Made by a program: the position numbers and the translations under genes. A stretch of DNA of 62,269 bases, the filler included, from Jimgerdemannia flammicorona (lineage: Eukaryota): the NCBI GenBank assembly GCA_003990765.1. It is 3 parts of 3 records of this genome, joined end to end, with 100 filler letters (N's around TTAATTAATTAA, not from the genome) between each part and the next. Parts side by side here need not be neighbours in the genome. Positions count along the whole stretch, not along the records: positions 41,581 to 62,269 come from RBNJ01001610.1; 2 more parts are not named here. One strand, written 5' to 3'. The stretch's first letter is position 1. Each line of letters starts with the position of its first letter. This document shows positions 46,633-60,600 of this stretch, in pieces. Below the pieces are notes generated by a model. It was given only the letters and a program-made list of their open reading frames with translations, did not search any database and was not told the origin of the DNA.

Positions 46633-49600
46633 GATATTTCTTGAGTCAGTTTCGATGAATGGTGGTGGGGATTATTGTGCTTGAGAGTTTTCATAGCCAA
46701 AAGGTGGTACCTTTTATATCTTGCACGAGGTAAGGTCCTTCCCACTTGGGCTCAAGTTTTTGTAACCATGAAGCTTTGACCATATTCTGATACACCAGGA
46801 CTTTGTCTCCTATCTTGATAATCTCCAAGAGTTTGTGGGTCTTTTCTACATTCCTCCATTGTAGTGTCTGCACCTTCGTTATGTAATCCTCAGTCTTCTT
46901 CCTGATTTGGTGTAGTCTCCATATTTCCATGTCCACATGTTTCCATACAGTATCTCCATTGGATGATAAGGTTCCCTGAGAACATTCTTCTCTGAACAGT
47001 ATTTCTTGAGGGGTAAAGTGGGTACTTTGTGATCGGATATCTCAAAGAGCAGATAATGCTATTGGTAGATAGTAATCCCAGTTCTCATAGTTATCGCAGA
47101 TCTTGGCAATAATATTCTTGAGGGTTTTGTTGGTTCTTTCTACTTGGCCATTTCCTTGAGGGTGATATGCTATAGTCCGAATATGCTGGATCTTGTACTT
47201 CTTGTAGAGAACTTCGAAGAACTGGTTCACGAATTCTGTTCCTCTATCTGTAGTTACTTGTGTTGGGGTCTTGAACTGGCAGATAATTTCCTTGTGGAAG
47301 AAATCGGTGATTGACTGTGCATTGACTTCCATAAGGGGTCCCGCTTCTATCCATTTTGTAAAAAGGTCTACAATGATGATGATGTATCAGTTGCCAGTCA
47401 AGGTCAAGGGTAGGGGGCTGATTATATCCATTGCAATGTGGGCGAATAGTACTGGTTCTATGTGTGCTGATCCTGGGGCTTGATTTTGTTGGTCTTGTTT
47501 CTGTTTCTGGCATTTGTTGCAGGTCTTAACAAATTGTCTGATATCTTCCTCCATCCCTGGCCACCATATTGTTCTTCTTGCTTTGTTGTATGTATTTGTT
47601 CCTCCTAGGTGGTCAAGTTTGTGTACTGATTTCATTGCTTGCTCCTTCTTGTGTTCTGGTATGACTAGTAGTTTTCCTTTCTTTAGTATTTCTCCATTGG
47701 TTTCGAATTGTTTCTATGTTCTATTGATAATCATTTGTGTCCATTCTTCCAGATGTTGGGGCATCTTTCACTGTCCCAGGTATGTAATAATTCCATAGTA
47801 GAGCTCCTTATTCATGGTGATTTTGTGGGGGTGGGGTCCTTCGGGGTGTCCATGAGAGGGCATCTGCATTGACATTGGTTCTTCCAGAGTGATGTACGAT
47901 GGTTACATCATAAGCTTACAACTTCATTATCCATCTGGCATAGATTCCTTTGGGTTGTCCAGTTGTCAGTAGCTAGGTGAGAGCTAAGTGGTCCATTTGG
48001 ATGGTGAAGTGTCTTCCAGCCAAGTAGTAGTGGAACTTTCTATGGCCCAGATGACTGCAAGGCATTCCAACTTGTAGGATTCATATTCTTTTTCAGCTCC
48101 TCGGGTTCCGTGGCTGAGGTATGCGATGACATACTCTACTTTATCTTTCTTTTGAGCTAGGACTGCTTCTAGTTCTTGTGTACTTGCATCAGTCTGTAGG
48201 ATGAATTCTTGAGTCCAGTCAGGTCTTCTGAGGATGGGTGCCTGGGTCAGTCTGACCTTGAGTTCATCAAATGCTTTTTGTTATCTGCCAGTCCACTGGA
48301 ACTTGGTGTCCTTCTTGTTAAGTTCATAGATTGGTCCTGCGATGTTGGAGAATCCTCTAATAAATCTGCGATAATAGGAGGCGAGTCCTATGAAGGCTTG
48401 GGCTTCTGTAACAGTGGTGGGTCTTGGGTATGCTGCCACTACTTGTATCTTGAGAGGGTCCGTGTGTGTTCCATCTCAATTGATAATATGACCGAGATAG
48501 GAGATCTCAATTTCTGTGAACTTGCAATTCTTGGATTTGATGTAAAGGCCATGTTGTCTTAGTCTCTCCATTATCTGCTGTATGTGCTGCAGATGTTCCT
48601 CAGGTGTCTTGCTGTAGATGGTTACATCATCGACGTAGACCATCATCTATCTTCCCATGTCATAGCAGAAGATTTTTTTCATCATTTGCTGGAAGCTTGC
48701 TGGTGCGTTGCACATTCCAAATGGCATTCGTAGGTAGATGTAGGTTCCATCTGGAGTGATGAAAGCTGACTTTTCACTTGCCATGTCTGTGAGTCCAATT
48801 TGGTGGAATTCTGAGTATAAGTCCAAGGTGCTGTAGTATTGTGCTTCATCTCCCAGTGTTATGAGGATGTCATTGATGAGGGGCAGTGGTTGGCGATCCT
48901 TCTTGGTAGCCATGTTGAGTTTTCTGTAGTCAACGCAGAGTCTTGGGGCGAATTCTCCAGGCTTACTACCTTTTTTTGGGGCCAGTACAACAGGTGAGGA
49001 CCAGGGGCTGCTTGCTTCTTTAATGATACCCGCTTCTTCCATCTGCTTGATTTCTTCTCTGAGCCATTCTTAGTAGGCTGGCGGGACAGGTCTTGCTTTC
49101 TGATAAATTGGTTTGGTGTCTCCAGTATCTACTTCATGATAGTAGTGTGGGGTCTTTCCTTTAATATCCTTGAAATCTGTAGCAAGGACATCTTCGAATT
49201 CATAGAGTATTTTCCTGAGTTCTTTCTTGAGTGGAAATTCATTTCTGATGGTGTAGCTGTGCTTGCTTGTGTTCTTATGCTCAAGTTCGGTAATCTTGGT
49301 GTTAGCGAATACTTCACTTCCTATGGATCCAAATCCTTTCTTTCCCCTTCTTGTTTCCTCCAGCTTCTTAACTTCTATGATCTTTGGTTGTAGGATCGGA
49401 AAGATCAACATTTGTGCCAATTGGTCCTTCTTCTTGACTGGAAATGGGATTGTAGGATTGTGATTCCTAGCAATGAGTAGAATTTCTCCAGTGTAGTCTG
49501 AATCGATGACTCCTCCTTTGATTGTAATTTCGCTTCTAGCCAGGCTGTTTCTTGTCTTGAGAATCCTGACATGATCCTTTGGAATGGTCATCTCCAATCC

Positions 49601-51790
49601 GGTTGCAAGTAGGGTGGTTGTCTGGGGTTCCAGTATGGTTTCTTCTACTGTAGTGATGTCCATTCCGGCTGCATTTTCTGACTTGTATTCTGGCAAGACT
49701 GTATCAGGGTGGATTCTTTGAATCTTGACCTTGATTTCTTCTTCGTCATCACTGTCCTCCAGGAGAGCTGGTGGTTCATCATCTTCCTCCTTCTCTTCTT
49801 CCCTGATCTGTTTTTTGAGAGCTTTCTGCCTTTTTGCCTGGTGGATCTTCCTGATTCCAATGGTGCACTGGTAGCAATCATTGACGTGCTCCATGCAGTA
49901 CATCTTGATCCCGTGAGGACAGACTCCTTGTGGGGCATAACCTTCTGTGATCTTCTTACACCATTCTTCTTCACTCATCCATCCGACTTTCTTCTTCTTT
50001 GGAGTAGTCACTATATAAGCTTCCTCCTGCTCACTCTCTTCTTCCTCTATGTCAGGCAGGACTCCTTTGTTGACATTGATGGGAATTCATATCTTCTGTC
50101 CCCGGTAGGTGATCTGCATCTTCTGGATGTTGAGGTCGATTACTGCCTTGGCTTTGTGAAGCCATTGATTGCCAATAAGGATGTCATAGTTGGTGGCATT
50201 GGTTACAATTATATCTACTAGGATGGTTGCTCCTCCAATCTTGATGGGAATGTCTCGGATCTTTTCCAGAGGTGTGGCTCTTGTACCATCAGCTGTGACG
50301 AACACCAGCTTAGTTGCCTCTTCTACATCTCAACCTAGGTAGTCTGCTGCCTTTTTGCTGAGGAGACATCCTCCTGCTCCCATATCAATGATGGCCTCAA
50401 AGATTCTATCTTCAATTTAACATGTGGCATATGCAGAGGTTTTGCGATTGTCCTTACTTTCTTCTCCTGAGTCCTCTTGAGCATTATTGGCCTTGGTTAT
50501 CTTCCATCCCTGTTCCTTAGTTGTTTCGGCAAGTCCAAACCTCATTTGCTATCTGAATGTAGGGATTTCTGCAAGCTGGCCAAAGGTTGCATTGACCTTT
50601 TGTTGGCTGAGATCCTTGAAGATATCATACTTGAAGGTCTTGGTTTTGTGAAGCTTCTTCTCTTTTTCTCCTTCACTGACTGGAGTGGTTCCTTGGATGA
50701 TATCTTGAACTGCTTGCTCCAGCTCTGTATCTTGGTCTATCTCTTCGGCTTGGCTTTCTGTAGCAGTTTCCATCTGCCTTTCCACTGGGTTCTTCTTGGG
50801 TCTTCCTGGTGGTCTCTTGTAGGGTTCTTTGTGAGCATTCTTCTTGGTGGTCTGAGCAGAATAGGCCTCCCATTCTTCTTCATCAGAATCTCCAATCTCC
50901 TCAAAGGTAATTGTATTGGCCTGCTCCTTGTTTCGTGTGCCATTGCTTGGTTGAGCCTTGCGCTTGGTTTCACTCATGCATTTATAGGAGTAGTGGCCTT
51001 CTTCTCCACAAGTATAGCAGGTACCTTTCTTCTTGTCTGAGGTGGCGGTGAACTTCTGAACAGGGCAGCAGTCTCTTCCTTGAATTTCCTTTACCACATC
51101 TCCCAGGTGGGCAGTCATTTTGGCAAACCTTTTGGCGAGTTCCTTCATAGGGTCACTGTTCTTTTGCTGCTCTGTAGCTTTTGGCTGAGGTGTGTTTCGA
51201 TTGATCATTATGGTAGGGATCATGCCAGTTGCCTTGGGTGCCTCAATTCTGACTTCTGTGACCCTTTTCATTGTATGGTCTTGTGGATATCTGGCTATCT
51301 AGTATCGCTGAGCATAGGTGACCTTCTGTGGCAGATCCAGAATCACTGGTTATGAGCAGATAGCCATGGCTATTTCTGGATGGACTCCTTTCATGAAGGT
51401 TGCTTCAGCTACTTGATCTCAGATAGCAGCAGCATAATCTGCAAGGATTATCTGATATCGAATTCTGGTATAGAATGTATTTGGATCCTCGCTCATTCCT
51501 TGGCATGTTGTATTGAGCTGATCCTTCAGGGGTTGCTTGATCTCATCTGTATAATATGTATTTCGGAGCCAGGTCTTCTGTGCTATCAGTATAGCATCGG
51601 CATCATTTTCTGCATGGGTTGCAGCTGTGAATGCTACTCTGGCAGAACCTCATAGGCTGAAGGGCATGAGGGCTACTTGCTGTACTGCTGTCAGAGTCCT
51701 TACAGCAGCATACTGCTCGAAATCATCAATGAAGGTGATGATCGATTCATCTGAGGTATATCCATGGAATACTGGTGGTCTCATATCCAT
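46622..51790 (-). pseudogene. Family B gag-pol polyprotein (gag through RT in one frame), disrupted
   Basis: ORF pieces 50549-51271, 50087-50305, 49070-50011 and 48647-49042 share one frame with ATG 51790. Integrase pieces at 46691-47635. Confidence 0.9.
49320..49735 (-). CDS. dut: Trimeric dUTPase domain, family B
   Basis: AAGMDI, TRNSLA, GGVIDSDYTGEI, LAQ, RRGKKGFGSIG. Confidence 0.92.
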
Positions 51791-51886
51791 CTTGTCTGGG
51801 TATTGGGGCTCAGTTTGTATGGTTGTTTATTGTTCAGCTTTAAAGTGAGAGATTCGTCTTGAATTACCAGCTAATGGGCACCAAGT

Positions 51887-52354
51887 TGTAATGTAGTGGA
51901 CGCTTACTCTTGAAAGTACGTTGGATTTCTATATCTTGAAAACTTGACCATTCTGACTCTTGCAGAGTCTCTTGAAGTTGCAGGGGAGGGTGGGTGAGTT
52001 CGAAGTGTATCTGCCTACAGGCTTACTAGTTCTTTTGTTATCTCTTTGCTTTGAACTATTTTGATCTGAGATTTATTCACTCAAAGATACTGGGTTATTT
52101 ATACAAGTTTTGCTAGCTATGAGATGGTTACTAGATTGCGTGGCTTAGTTATGAGTCATTTAACACTTTGCGAAATGTTTCACCAGTTGCGAAATGCTAT
52201 ACTATATCGGGAAGCTCGATCTTGTACTTTGTGAAATATTTAGTAAGTTGCGAAATCGAGGACTGTTAACTATGTGGCTATACTACTTTGGGACTGGGTG
52301 TGATCAAGTGTCTGTTCCCTATTTCCTTCTTCCAAATCTGGCTATACTGTCACA
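51887..52354 (-). repeat. Family B 5' LTR
   Basis: TG...CA termini with adjacent PBS. Confidence 0.95.
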
Positions 52355-55300
52355 ATATATATAATTTTTAGTAGTTTTTTTTTATGAATAACTAACTTTA
52401 GTTTAGCTAATAATAATTTATATTTGTAACTTAAAGATAATAGAGTGGTATTCATTTCTATTATCTTTTAATAAAATTGCGCTCATAGTAAAATTTGAAA
52501 TACATATCAGTAATAACTGTAAATTTTAGATTTAAATTAGGATTTTATAAGACTTGAGTATAGATTAAATAATTCTTGAGTTTTTAGAATACTTATTGAT
52601 AAATGAGATTTCAGATATAAGATACATATATAGTATTCTAAGAATAGTATCTTATATATTAAGTTTATAAGAGACTTAATAATTTTAGAGAAGTTTCAAA
52701 CAAAGTAGTAATAATTAGCTAGACTAAGAAAGAATCTAATTTCTATCAAATTTACTAGTTTAGATCATTTTTAAATTATCTCTATTTTGTATATGTATTT
52801 AAATTTCTTATATAGAGATAATATGATAAGATATTTAACTTTTTTCTTAAAAAATTTATATTTCTTGAGCTTTATATATAATTTATATTTTTATAAAATT
52901 CTAAAATAAATTAGATATATTTGAGATATTCTTCTTTAATTATATTATATATCAGAATACTATCAAAATATATCAATAGAATAATAAAGAGATTATTCTT
53001 AAATATCTTATTTATGAGAATCTGAAATATTTTAGGTATATTAGTGAGATTAAATACTAAGATCAAAATTTGTAAAGTTTAAAAGAAATTATAAAAGTTA
53101 TCTTAGAGATATCTTCTGGCTTGATTTGAATTTAGTAATATCCAGATATAAGGTCTAGTTTAGTGAAGTACTTGATATTTTTAAGAGTATTAAAGATTTG
53201 ATCAATAAGAGATAGCAGATACTAGTTTTTAACTATAAGCTTAGTGAGAGTATAGTAGTCTATATATATTTATAAAGTATTATCCTTCTTCTTAATAAAA
53301 AGAATTAGTAACTTATATATAAGATAACTTACTGTGATAAATGTCTTATCAGATAAGTAGTTCTTCTAATTTCTTCTTAATTACTTTAATCTTGAGAGTT
53401 TATATATAGTATATATATTTCTTAAGTAGTATAGCTTTTAAGAATAGTTTGATTTTATAATCCACTTCTTATATAGATAGTAAACAAGACAGTATATCTG
53501 AAAAAATATTTAGAATTCTTTTAATAGCAACTTAATGCTCCCATTTATTAATAGCTTCTTATTTTATTTCTTAGATCATATAATATATAGTAATAATAAT
53601 ATATATAATTTTCTTAAGTATCTTCTTATATTATATTATATATAAATGAAAATCTGGGTCTTTTTTTATATATTGACTTTATTTTGAAGTAGAGTAACTT
53701 TATTTTTATATTAATTAATATTTGAGTTATACTTTATAAACCAGAGTTTTTCTAAGATCAGATAATAATCTTTTAGCAATATGACTTTAAAGTCAACTCA
53801 TTCTCAATATATATTTCTGAATTTTAATAGATAGTTTTATAATAATTGACTTAATCAAATATAGTATACTATTAGTAATAACTACTCTATTAATTTTGGA
53901 TAAAGGTTTAATAAAAATCTTGAAGTTTTCAATTAAGTTCTATATAGTTGATAAGATATACTTTCAAACTCTTTTTGATCTTACTTAATTAAAGATAGTT
54001 TTTAAACTTCTGTAATCTTAAGCTAACTTACTTTTTCTAAAGTTATTTATATAACTCAGTCTCCTTCTTTGATAGTATAGTCTTAATTCTTCTAATTAAT
54101 AGGTAAGACTTAAACTTATCTACAGTAGTTTGTATCAATGATACTAATACTAATATCTAAATAATAATTAATATTAAGTCCTAATCTAGTTATATATAAT
54201 TCTTAGATAGTAGACTTTTGAATATTGAAATATAATTCTAATAGATATTAGAGCTCTTTCTCAGACATAAATAATGACTTATTTGACTGAATATTAGTAA
54301 ATTCTAATGGTTTTTTCTAATTAATATTAAGAGATCTGAGTTATCAGATATATATAGCTTCTTGATTATAAGTTCTGATTAATAGATATATCTTTAAATA
54401 GTATTATAACTGATCTGATTAGATTGCTTATCTTCTTAGAATATATAGTTTTAATATATTCTATCTAATAGTATAAAAAACATACTTCCAACTTTTTAGC
54501 TATTTTTTCTCTTTTATAGTAAACTTATTATTTTTCTTATTTATAGAGTTTTTAATCCATTAGAGCTAATTTTACTACTCTAAGTTAATTCTTATAATAG
54601 TTTTGGAAATAATTCTTCTAATAGTATTTTAGTTTAAAATAGTAATTATAAATAATTATATCAAATCTATTAGTAATTCATATGACTTCTTTAATAGATC
54701 TTAGTTCTTCTAGTTCAATCTTAACTTGTGTATTCTCTTTTAAGTCTTGAATATAGTAGTCTATCTTTTTATTCTCTATGATATCAGATAGTTCTAAAAG
54801 AATTAACAGAAATTATATATTATAGCTTTGTATAGACTTAAGTTATTTGATATTTGCTAGCCTATCTCTAACAGTTTAGTAGTATTAGTAGACTTGAACT
54901 ACTTATATAAAATCTTCTTGAATATTTTTTAATCTTTAACTTTTGTTCTTCAGTATAAGAAGATAGTTATAATATAATTATATTATCAAAATAACTATAT
55001 TTTCTTAAAGAAGTATAGTAGAAAACTAAACTTGGAAAGTTTAGATATCAGTAGATAATTCTCCTCAGTGATCATTAAAGATATCTAGCTTAAGTAGCTT
55101 GAAACTAATAGATATAACTATAGATTAAGTTGCTGTAAAATATAATTTCTTTATTTTCTGATAGTCTAGTTAGACTTGTAGATTTTATATTTAGAATATT
55201 ATAGTTATTAGCATTTCTTTTATACTTAATTATAGAGTTTCTGGATCTAGGTCTCCTAGGGTAGAGGAGTCTGATTAATTGACTCATTCTCTCTAGTTTA

Positions 55301-55390
55301 TTTTGAGTTTATTTGACTTATTGTAACTTGTTTCTGAATTTAGTGAGGTTTTTTTAATAAGATAAGATATAATATTACTACTGCTATCAT
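52355..55390 (-). mobile_element. Very old chromovirus-type Ty3/Gypsy relic (gag-PR-RT-RH)
   Basis: Minus strand ILFIKKKDNTL*IYIDYYTLTKLIVKN*YLLSLID...YFTKLDLISGYY*IQIKPEDI at ~53110-53310; RNase H relic at 52360-52560. Confidence 0.8.
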
Positions 55391-55396
55391 ATGTAT

Positions 55397-56763
55397 TGTA
55401 ATGTGCCCAGCTCAATAGAGGCAAATTACAAGGTTTGGGGTTGATATAGTTTGGCTTGAGCTCTCAGTTACTTTGTCAAAAGCAACAAAATGTTCTAAGA
55501 TTCCTGATATCCTTATTGGTGTTTAGTGGTATAATAGTCAAAAGCTAGATATCTGTAAGTGGTTTCCTTATTGGGATGGTTCTCTGGGCATAGTAATGAT
55601 TTGTATATGAGTTTCCTTTTTGGGTCAACTGGGAATTGGTAGAATTTCATATATAGTGTGAGTGGTTTCCTTCTTGAGTAGCAGGTGATTTCTGTATAGC
55701 ATGACAATCTCCTTATATATGATGGTCAGACAATTTAGTAGTTCTCCTTATGCAATTTCTGCATGATAATCTTGTATAGTGTGATGATCTACTTGTATAT
55801 AACAGTTTTCCAAAAGTATGCAATCTCTGGCAAATGGCTTGATCTAGTATAGCTTTCCTGAAACAGCAACTTACTGGGAATTATACTGGCAGCAGATTCT
55901 TCTCAGGCTCACTGGGAATAATGAATAACTCAGATATCATGGATTTAGCTTCAACTGGGAATACTACTCAAATGGTGTGAGTCATTCCAAATCAGGTTCT
56001 TTTGGGAATATGGATAACTTGAAAATGGCAGATGATACAGATTCTCCTGAATCAGCAGCTTCAACTGGAAATTAACTAGGATTCTTGGCAAGTTATGTCA
56101 AAGACTGGCTTTGTTTGCATGGGGTTATATTGTAGACTAGCTCCACAGTGAAGTTACACCAGAAAGACTGGCTTGTGGTAAGAATGGTGGCAAAAACTTG
56201 GGTTCTTCAGGCTTATCTAGCAAGCATACCAATAGCATGGCTTATTCCTTAAGTGGTGGTTCTTCAAAAGGTGGTAAAGTTCTTCACTCGAACTCGGCAG
56301 CAAAATCAGCTTTATATTGGAAAGTGGACCAGAGTGGAAAGGGGACCAATGCTCAAACTTTAGAGACTTCTTTGGTATTTGTATTTCAGACTGAGGTTTA
56401 TTTACTCTTATCTCTGGGGTAATTTATACAAGTTGGTTGCTATCTGGTTGCTATGTGGCTAACTATAGATTTACCACTTCTGGTAATATTTGGGTGTGTT
56501 CTCTAGATACAGGTATATCTACAGAACATGAGTATGTCTGCAGGACATGAGTGTGTCTGCAGGACATGAGTGTGTCCACAGGATATGAGTGTGTCCTTAG
56601 GATATAAGTAAACAATCCTGATCTGATGTCTTGGCTAATTATAAGTATGGTGGGCATAGGTAACTATGATATACTGGAAGTCACATCATGCTGAGTAAGT
56701 ATGCTAATTGTTTGCATTATCTGGCTAAGTTATAATTTGGATAGTACATTTTGGTTCATTACA
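55397..56763 (-). repeat. Family A 3' LTR (1367 bp)
   Basis: TG...CA termini; homologous to 26118-27594. Confidence 0.92.
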
Positions 56764-56857
56764 TCAGCCCCAACTGAAGGGTAGTCTGTCCCAGACTATT
56801 CTTCAGTTATCATCCCAATAGGCATAAGCAGCTTCTGCATCTATATCTGTTTCATCA

Positions 56858-57304
56858 TCAATGATCACTCCATTCCAGGGGCTCCTCTTCTTCCTTGGGA
56901 AATAGGATTTCAACTTGGTGAATAATGCTGAGGTAGGTAGATAGTGTCATCCTCTGGAGGTCATTTAGAGAGAACTGGGCCTAAATTAAGGCAGAATGAT
57001 TTCATTTGTAGATTGTGTATAGTCTGTCTGCAGCAGTAGTATTCCTTCTATTCAGGTCAGTGGTGTTACAGACATAGGCTAGGTCTGGGAGGGGAAGATT
57101 CTGCAATTGTTCTCTAATTACATAGTATGCCTGCAGCTGGTGGACCTGGAGTAGCCTCTTGGCCAAAGTGAGGTTCTCTTGATGAACTCAGATTTTCTGA
57201 AGATATGTTCCATTGAGTTTCTGAAACTGAGGCAGGGGAACTGGTAGGGCTTGGAGGGAACTGAGGATAAGGGTTTGGAGACAGTTGTCAATTCTCTAGT
57301 TTAT
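56858..57304 (-). pseudogene. Family A accessory ORF3 relic
   Basis: (ATA, probably from ATG) N*RIDNCLQ...QLQAYYVIREQL...AADRLYTIYK*NHSALI*AQFSLNDLQRM...; overlaps the integrase end. Confidence 0.65.
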
Positions 57305-60189
57305 GGTATAAGAAGAGATATATCTTGAGGTAATTGATATGTACTGGTGTCTTCAGGGTTCATCCATCCATACTTCTTAAATAGATGCTGGTTCCTTTAA
57401 TATTATGTACAAGATAAGGTCCTTCCCATTTGGGCTCCAATTTGGTGGCAAAGTTTGTTTCAATCATACTTCTCCAGACTAGTACTTGATCTCCAATCTT
57501 GATCTCCTGATCTTTCCATTTCTGATTATAATACTTCTTTTGTCTTTCTTGAGCTTTGATAATCTGACCTCTGGCTTGATTACATAACTGTTCTGCCTTC
57601 TTGAGAAGGTCTCTGAATTTCTCATGGTCAGCAGTTCTGGTTTTCTTGGCAAATATAGTTTTGAATGGCTTTTATTTGATGGAGACAGCAGGGGTGTTCC
57701 AAATTTCCCATAGGATCTCAGATAAGCAGAGGTCCCAATTGGTGGAGTTGACTCAGGCAAGTCCTTTCTTGATGGTCTGGTTCATTCTCTCTGTCATGCC
57801 ATTCGTCTGAGGGTAGTATGATGTAGTCCTTTTGAGGTGGATCTTGTGAATTTGGGCATAACTTGTGATTATATTATTGATGAATTCTGTGCCTCAGTCA
57901 GAGATAAGTTCTTCTGGGGGTCTATATCTGAGTGTAAGTCCATGGAAGAGGCCTATAATGGTTAAGGCATCTGCAATTTCCATTGGAAAAGCCTTTGGCC
58001 ACTTGGTCAGATGTTCTACAAATATGAGGATATATTTGTTTCTTCTTGGTATAACTGGTAGAGGTCCAATTACATCTACTCTCTATCTCTGAAGAATGTT
58101 GTCTGGTGGTATGATTGGTTGCAATGGTGCTAGATAGTTCTTCTTTCCTTAGTACTTCTGACAGATATCACATCTCTTAAGTATATCCCAGACTTGTGTT
58201 CTGAGGTTGGGCCAATGTTGGTGTGTTGTTCACAACTTCTCTTCTATGTTTGCTTGTCCTTGGTGGGCTTTCTGATATTCTTTTTGAATGAGATCTTCTT
58301 GTGCCTTGATGGTCTGAGAAGCTTCCTTTAGGGTGTAGTTCCTCAAGACACCCTTCTTCTGGTTCATTGGGGCTGGCAGGAAAGTATATCAACATTGTTG
58401 TAGGCTTTCCCTGCTTTGTGAATAATGGTGATTTTGTAATCCTGTAGGATAAGGATCCAGCAGGCTAGAATTCCAGTAGATTCCTTATAGTTGAATAACC
58501 ATTTGAGGGCTGCATAGTCTGTGATCAGGATGAACCTTTTTCAATAAGGTAGTGTTTGAACAGGGTGACTGCCTATATGACTGCAAGGTATTCTAGTTTG
58601 TTGCTACCATAGTTTGTCTACTGTTGATTGGTAGCTCTGCTTGTATAAGCTATCACATGGTGCTGTTGATCAGGTCCTTCTTGGGCCAGAACTTCCCTGA
58701 GACTATCTTTAGAAGCATCTGTATATAAGATGAATAGCTTCTGTATATTGGGGCGCACAAGGATTGGTGCTGTAGTTATGTGGTTCTTGAGTTCTCTGAA
58801 GGTTTTTTCTTGTGTTTCTGTCCATTTAAATGGTACTTCTTTCTTGAGAAGGATCTGGATTGGGGCAGCGATTTGGGCAAAGTCTTTGATAAACCTTCTG
58901 TAGTAGGATACTAGCATCAGGAATGATAGTGTTTCCTTTTGGGTTTTTGGATACTGGCCAATTGTTGATCTTCTTGGTCTTCTTTAGGTCTGTATGGGTT
59001 CTTTCTTTTGAAACTATGAATCCAAGGAATTTGAGTTTCTGTTTCCCAAAGTAGCATTTCATTGCATTCAGTCTCAAGTGATTCTTGTGGGTGAGTTTGA
59101 ATAATTCCTCTAGGTAGTACAGGTGTTCTTCAAAATTTGCTGAATAGATGTTGGAATCATTCATGTATACAATCAGGCAATGGTGGATCAAGGGGGCATA
59201 GACTGAATTCATCATCCTCTGAAAGGTGGGGGGTGCATTGCAGAGTCCAATGGGATTTCAGAGGTATTCAAACAGTTTTTCTAGAGTAAGGAAGGCTGTC
59301 TTTTGAATGTCCTTGGGGTCCATGGGGATCTTATGGAATCCTGTGAAGAGATCCATACTGCTGAAATATCTGGCATCTTGTAACTGATCCAAGAGGTCAT
59401 CAATTCTGGGCAGAGGATAGGCATCCTTTTTGGTGACTAAATTGAGTTTCCTGTAATCTACACAGAGTCTCCATCCTCCTTTCTTTGGTACAATAAGTAT
59501 AGGGCTGCCCCAGGGGCTAGTAGAGGGTCGGATGACCCCATTGTCTAAGAGTTCTTGAATGTGCTCCTTTTTGAATATTTTCAGGTGATGGGGTATTCTA
59601 TAGGGTTTCTGTTGGATAGGTGTTGCATTTCCTATATTTATTCTGTGGTGATATGATGGATTGTATGGCAGGTTGCCATAATTGATAGTGAAGATATCTT
59701 GATATTTATTGAGAAGTTCTACTAGTTGTTGCTGTTGTTGAGGTGTCAATTCTTCTCCAATGTTAGTAGAAGGCTTCACTGTCTCCTGGGTCGCAGAGGG
59801 GCCTTTCCTTTCTTCTGGGACCTTTTGCCATTTCCTGATAGGTTTAGTTCATAAACTTCTCTATGGGTTCAGTTGAGAAAAGGCACCAGATGTCCTATGA
59901 TGGTTCCTTTTGGCAAGATGATGGTTTCTGAACTTTGGTTGGTCACTCGGGAGTGTACTGGATTCATCTTGTCAGGGAATGTGTATCCCTCTATGTCCAG
60001 GTGTAGGATGTCTTCCTTGGGTTCAAAGAAAAGGTTCCTGAGATTGGGTGGTATAAAGATTTTGAAGGTAGTTTGTTCTCCAGGCTCCAGGATAAGATTC
60101 TTATACAGTCTGACTAGTTGCCAGTACACTTGCTGGGGAACATTCCTCTTGAGGTAGTTGACTTGAAGGAGATGTACTTCCTTCCTGTC

Positions 60190-60600
60190 TGAACTTCCAA
60201 ATCCCTTGGTTTGTCTTGTTACTTCAGTTAGTTCAGAGAATTCTTATAACTGTGGGGTCTTGACCTTTATGAAGACTGCTTGGGCAATCTTCTGTCCTCT
60301 AATGATTTGGTGCCATTCTACACTACTATTGTATAGAATAACCTTGATTCCACCAGTATATCATAGGTCAATCATTCCTCCTTCCACAGTTATTCCTTGT
60401 CTGGCAAGTCTGGACCTTGAGGTTAGTTGGATGTAAGATCCTTGGGGTGGCTGCATGGCTAATCTGGTTCTGATCATAAAGGTTCTTCCAGGTTTGATAG
60501 ATTCATCCTTCAGACTGTGGAGATCATACCCTACATCTTCTGAGTGGGCTTTGGTCAGGGGTTTGGCCTTGGGATGTAGCAGGGCATACTGGGCAATATT
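60190..60600 (-). pseudogene. dut: dUTPase domain, family A copy 2 (disrupted)
   Basis: VGYDL, SRSRLA, GGMIDL*YTGGI, IAQ, KGFGSS. Confidence 0.88.

Larger units (their letters stand above)
45666..52354 (-). mobile_element. Full-length Ty3/Gypsy family B (LTR-gag-PR-dUTPase-RT-RH-IN-ORF3-LTR), TSD ATAT
   Basis: 468-bp LTRs at 45666-46133 and 51887-52354. ATAT at 45662-45665 and 52355-52358. PBS-like TGGTGCCCATTAGCTGG at 51867-51883. Purine-rich tract next to the 3' LTR. Motifs CYTCGEEGHYSYKC, IIDMGAG, YVDD, TDAS, TDRGTEF, PKWEGPY. Confidence 0.96.

Noticed and set aside
51867..51883. Assigning the family B PBS to a specific tRNA
   Set aside because: The TGG start and position fit a PBS, but the cognate tRNA cannot be identified without the host tRNA set.
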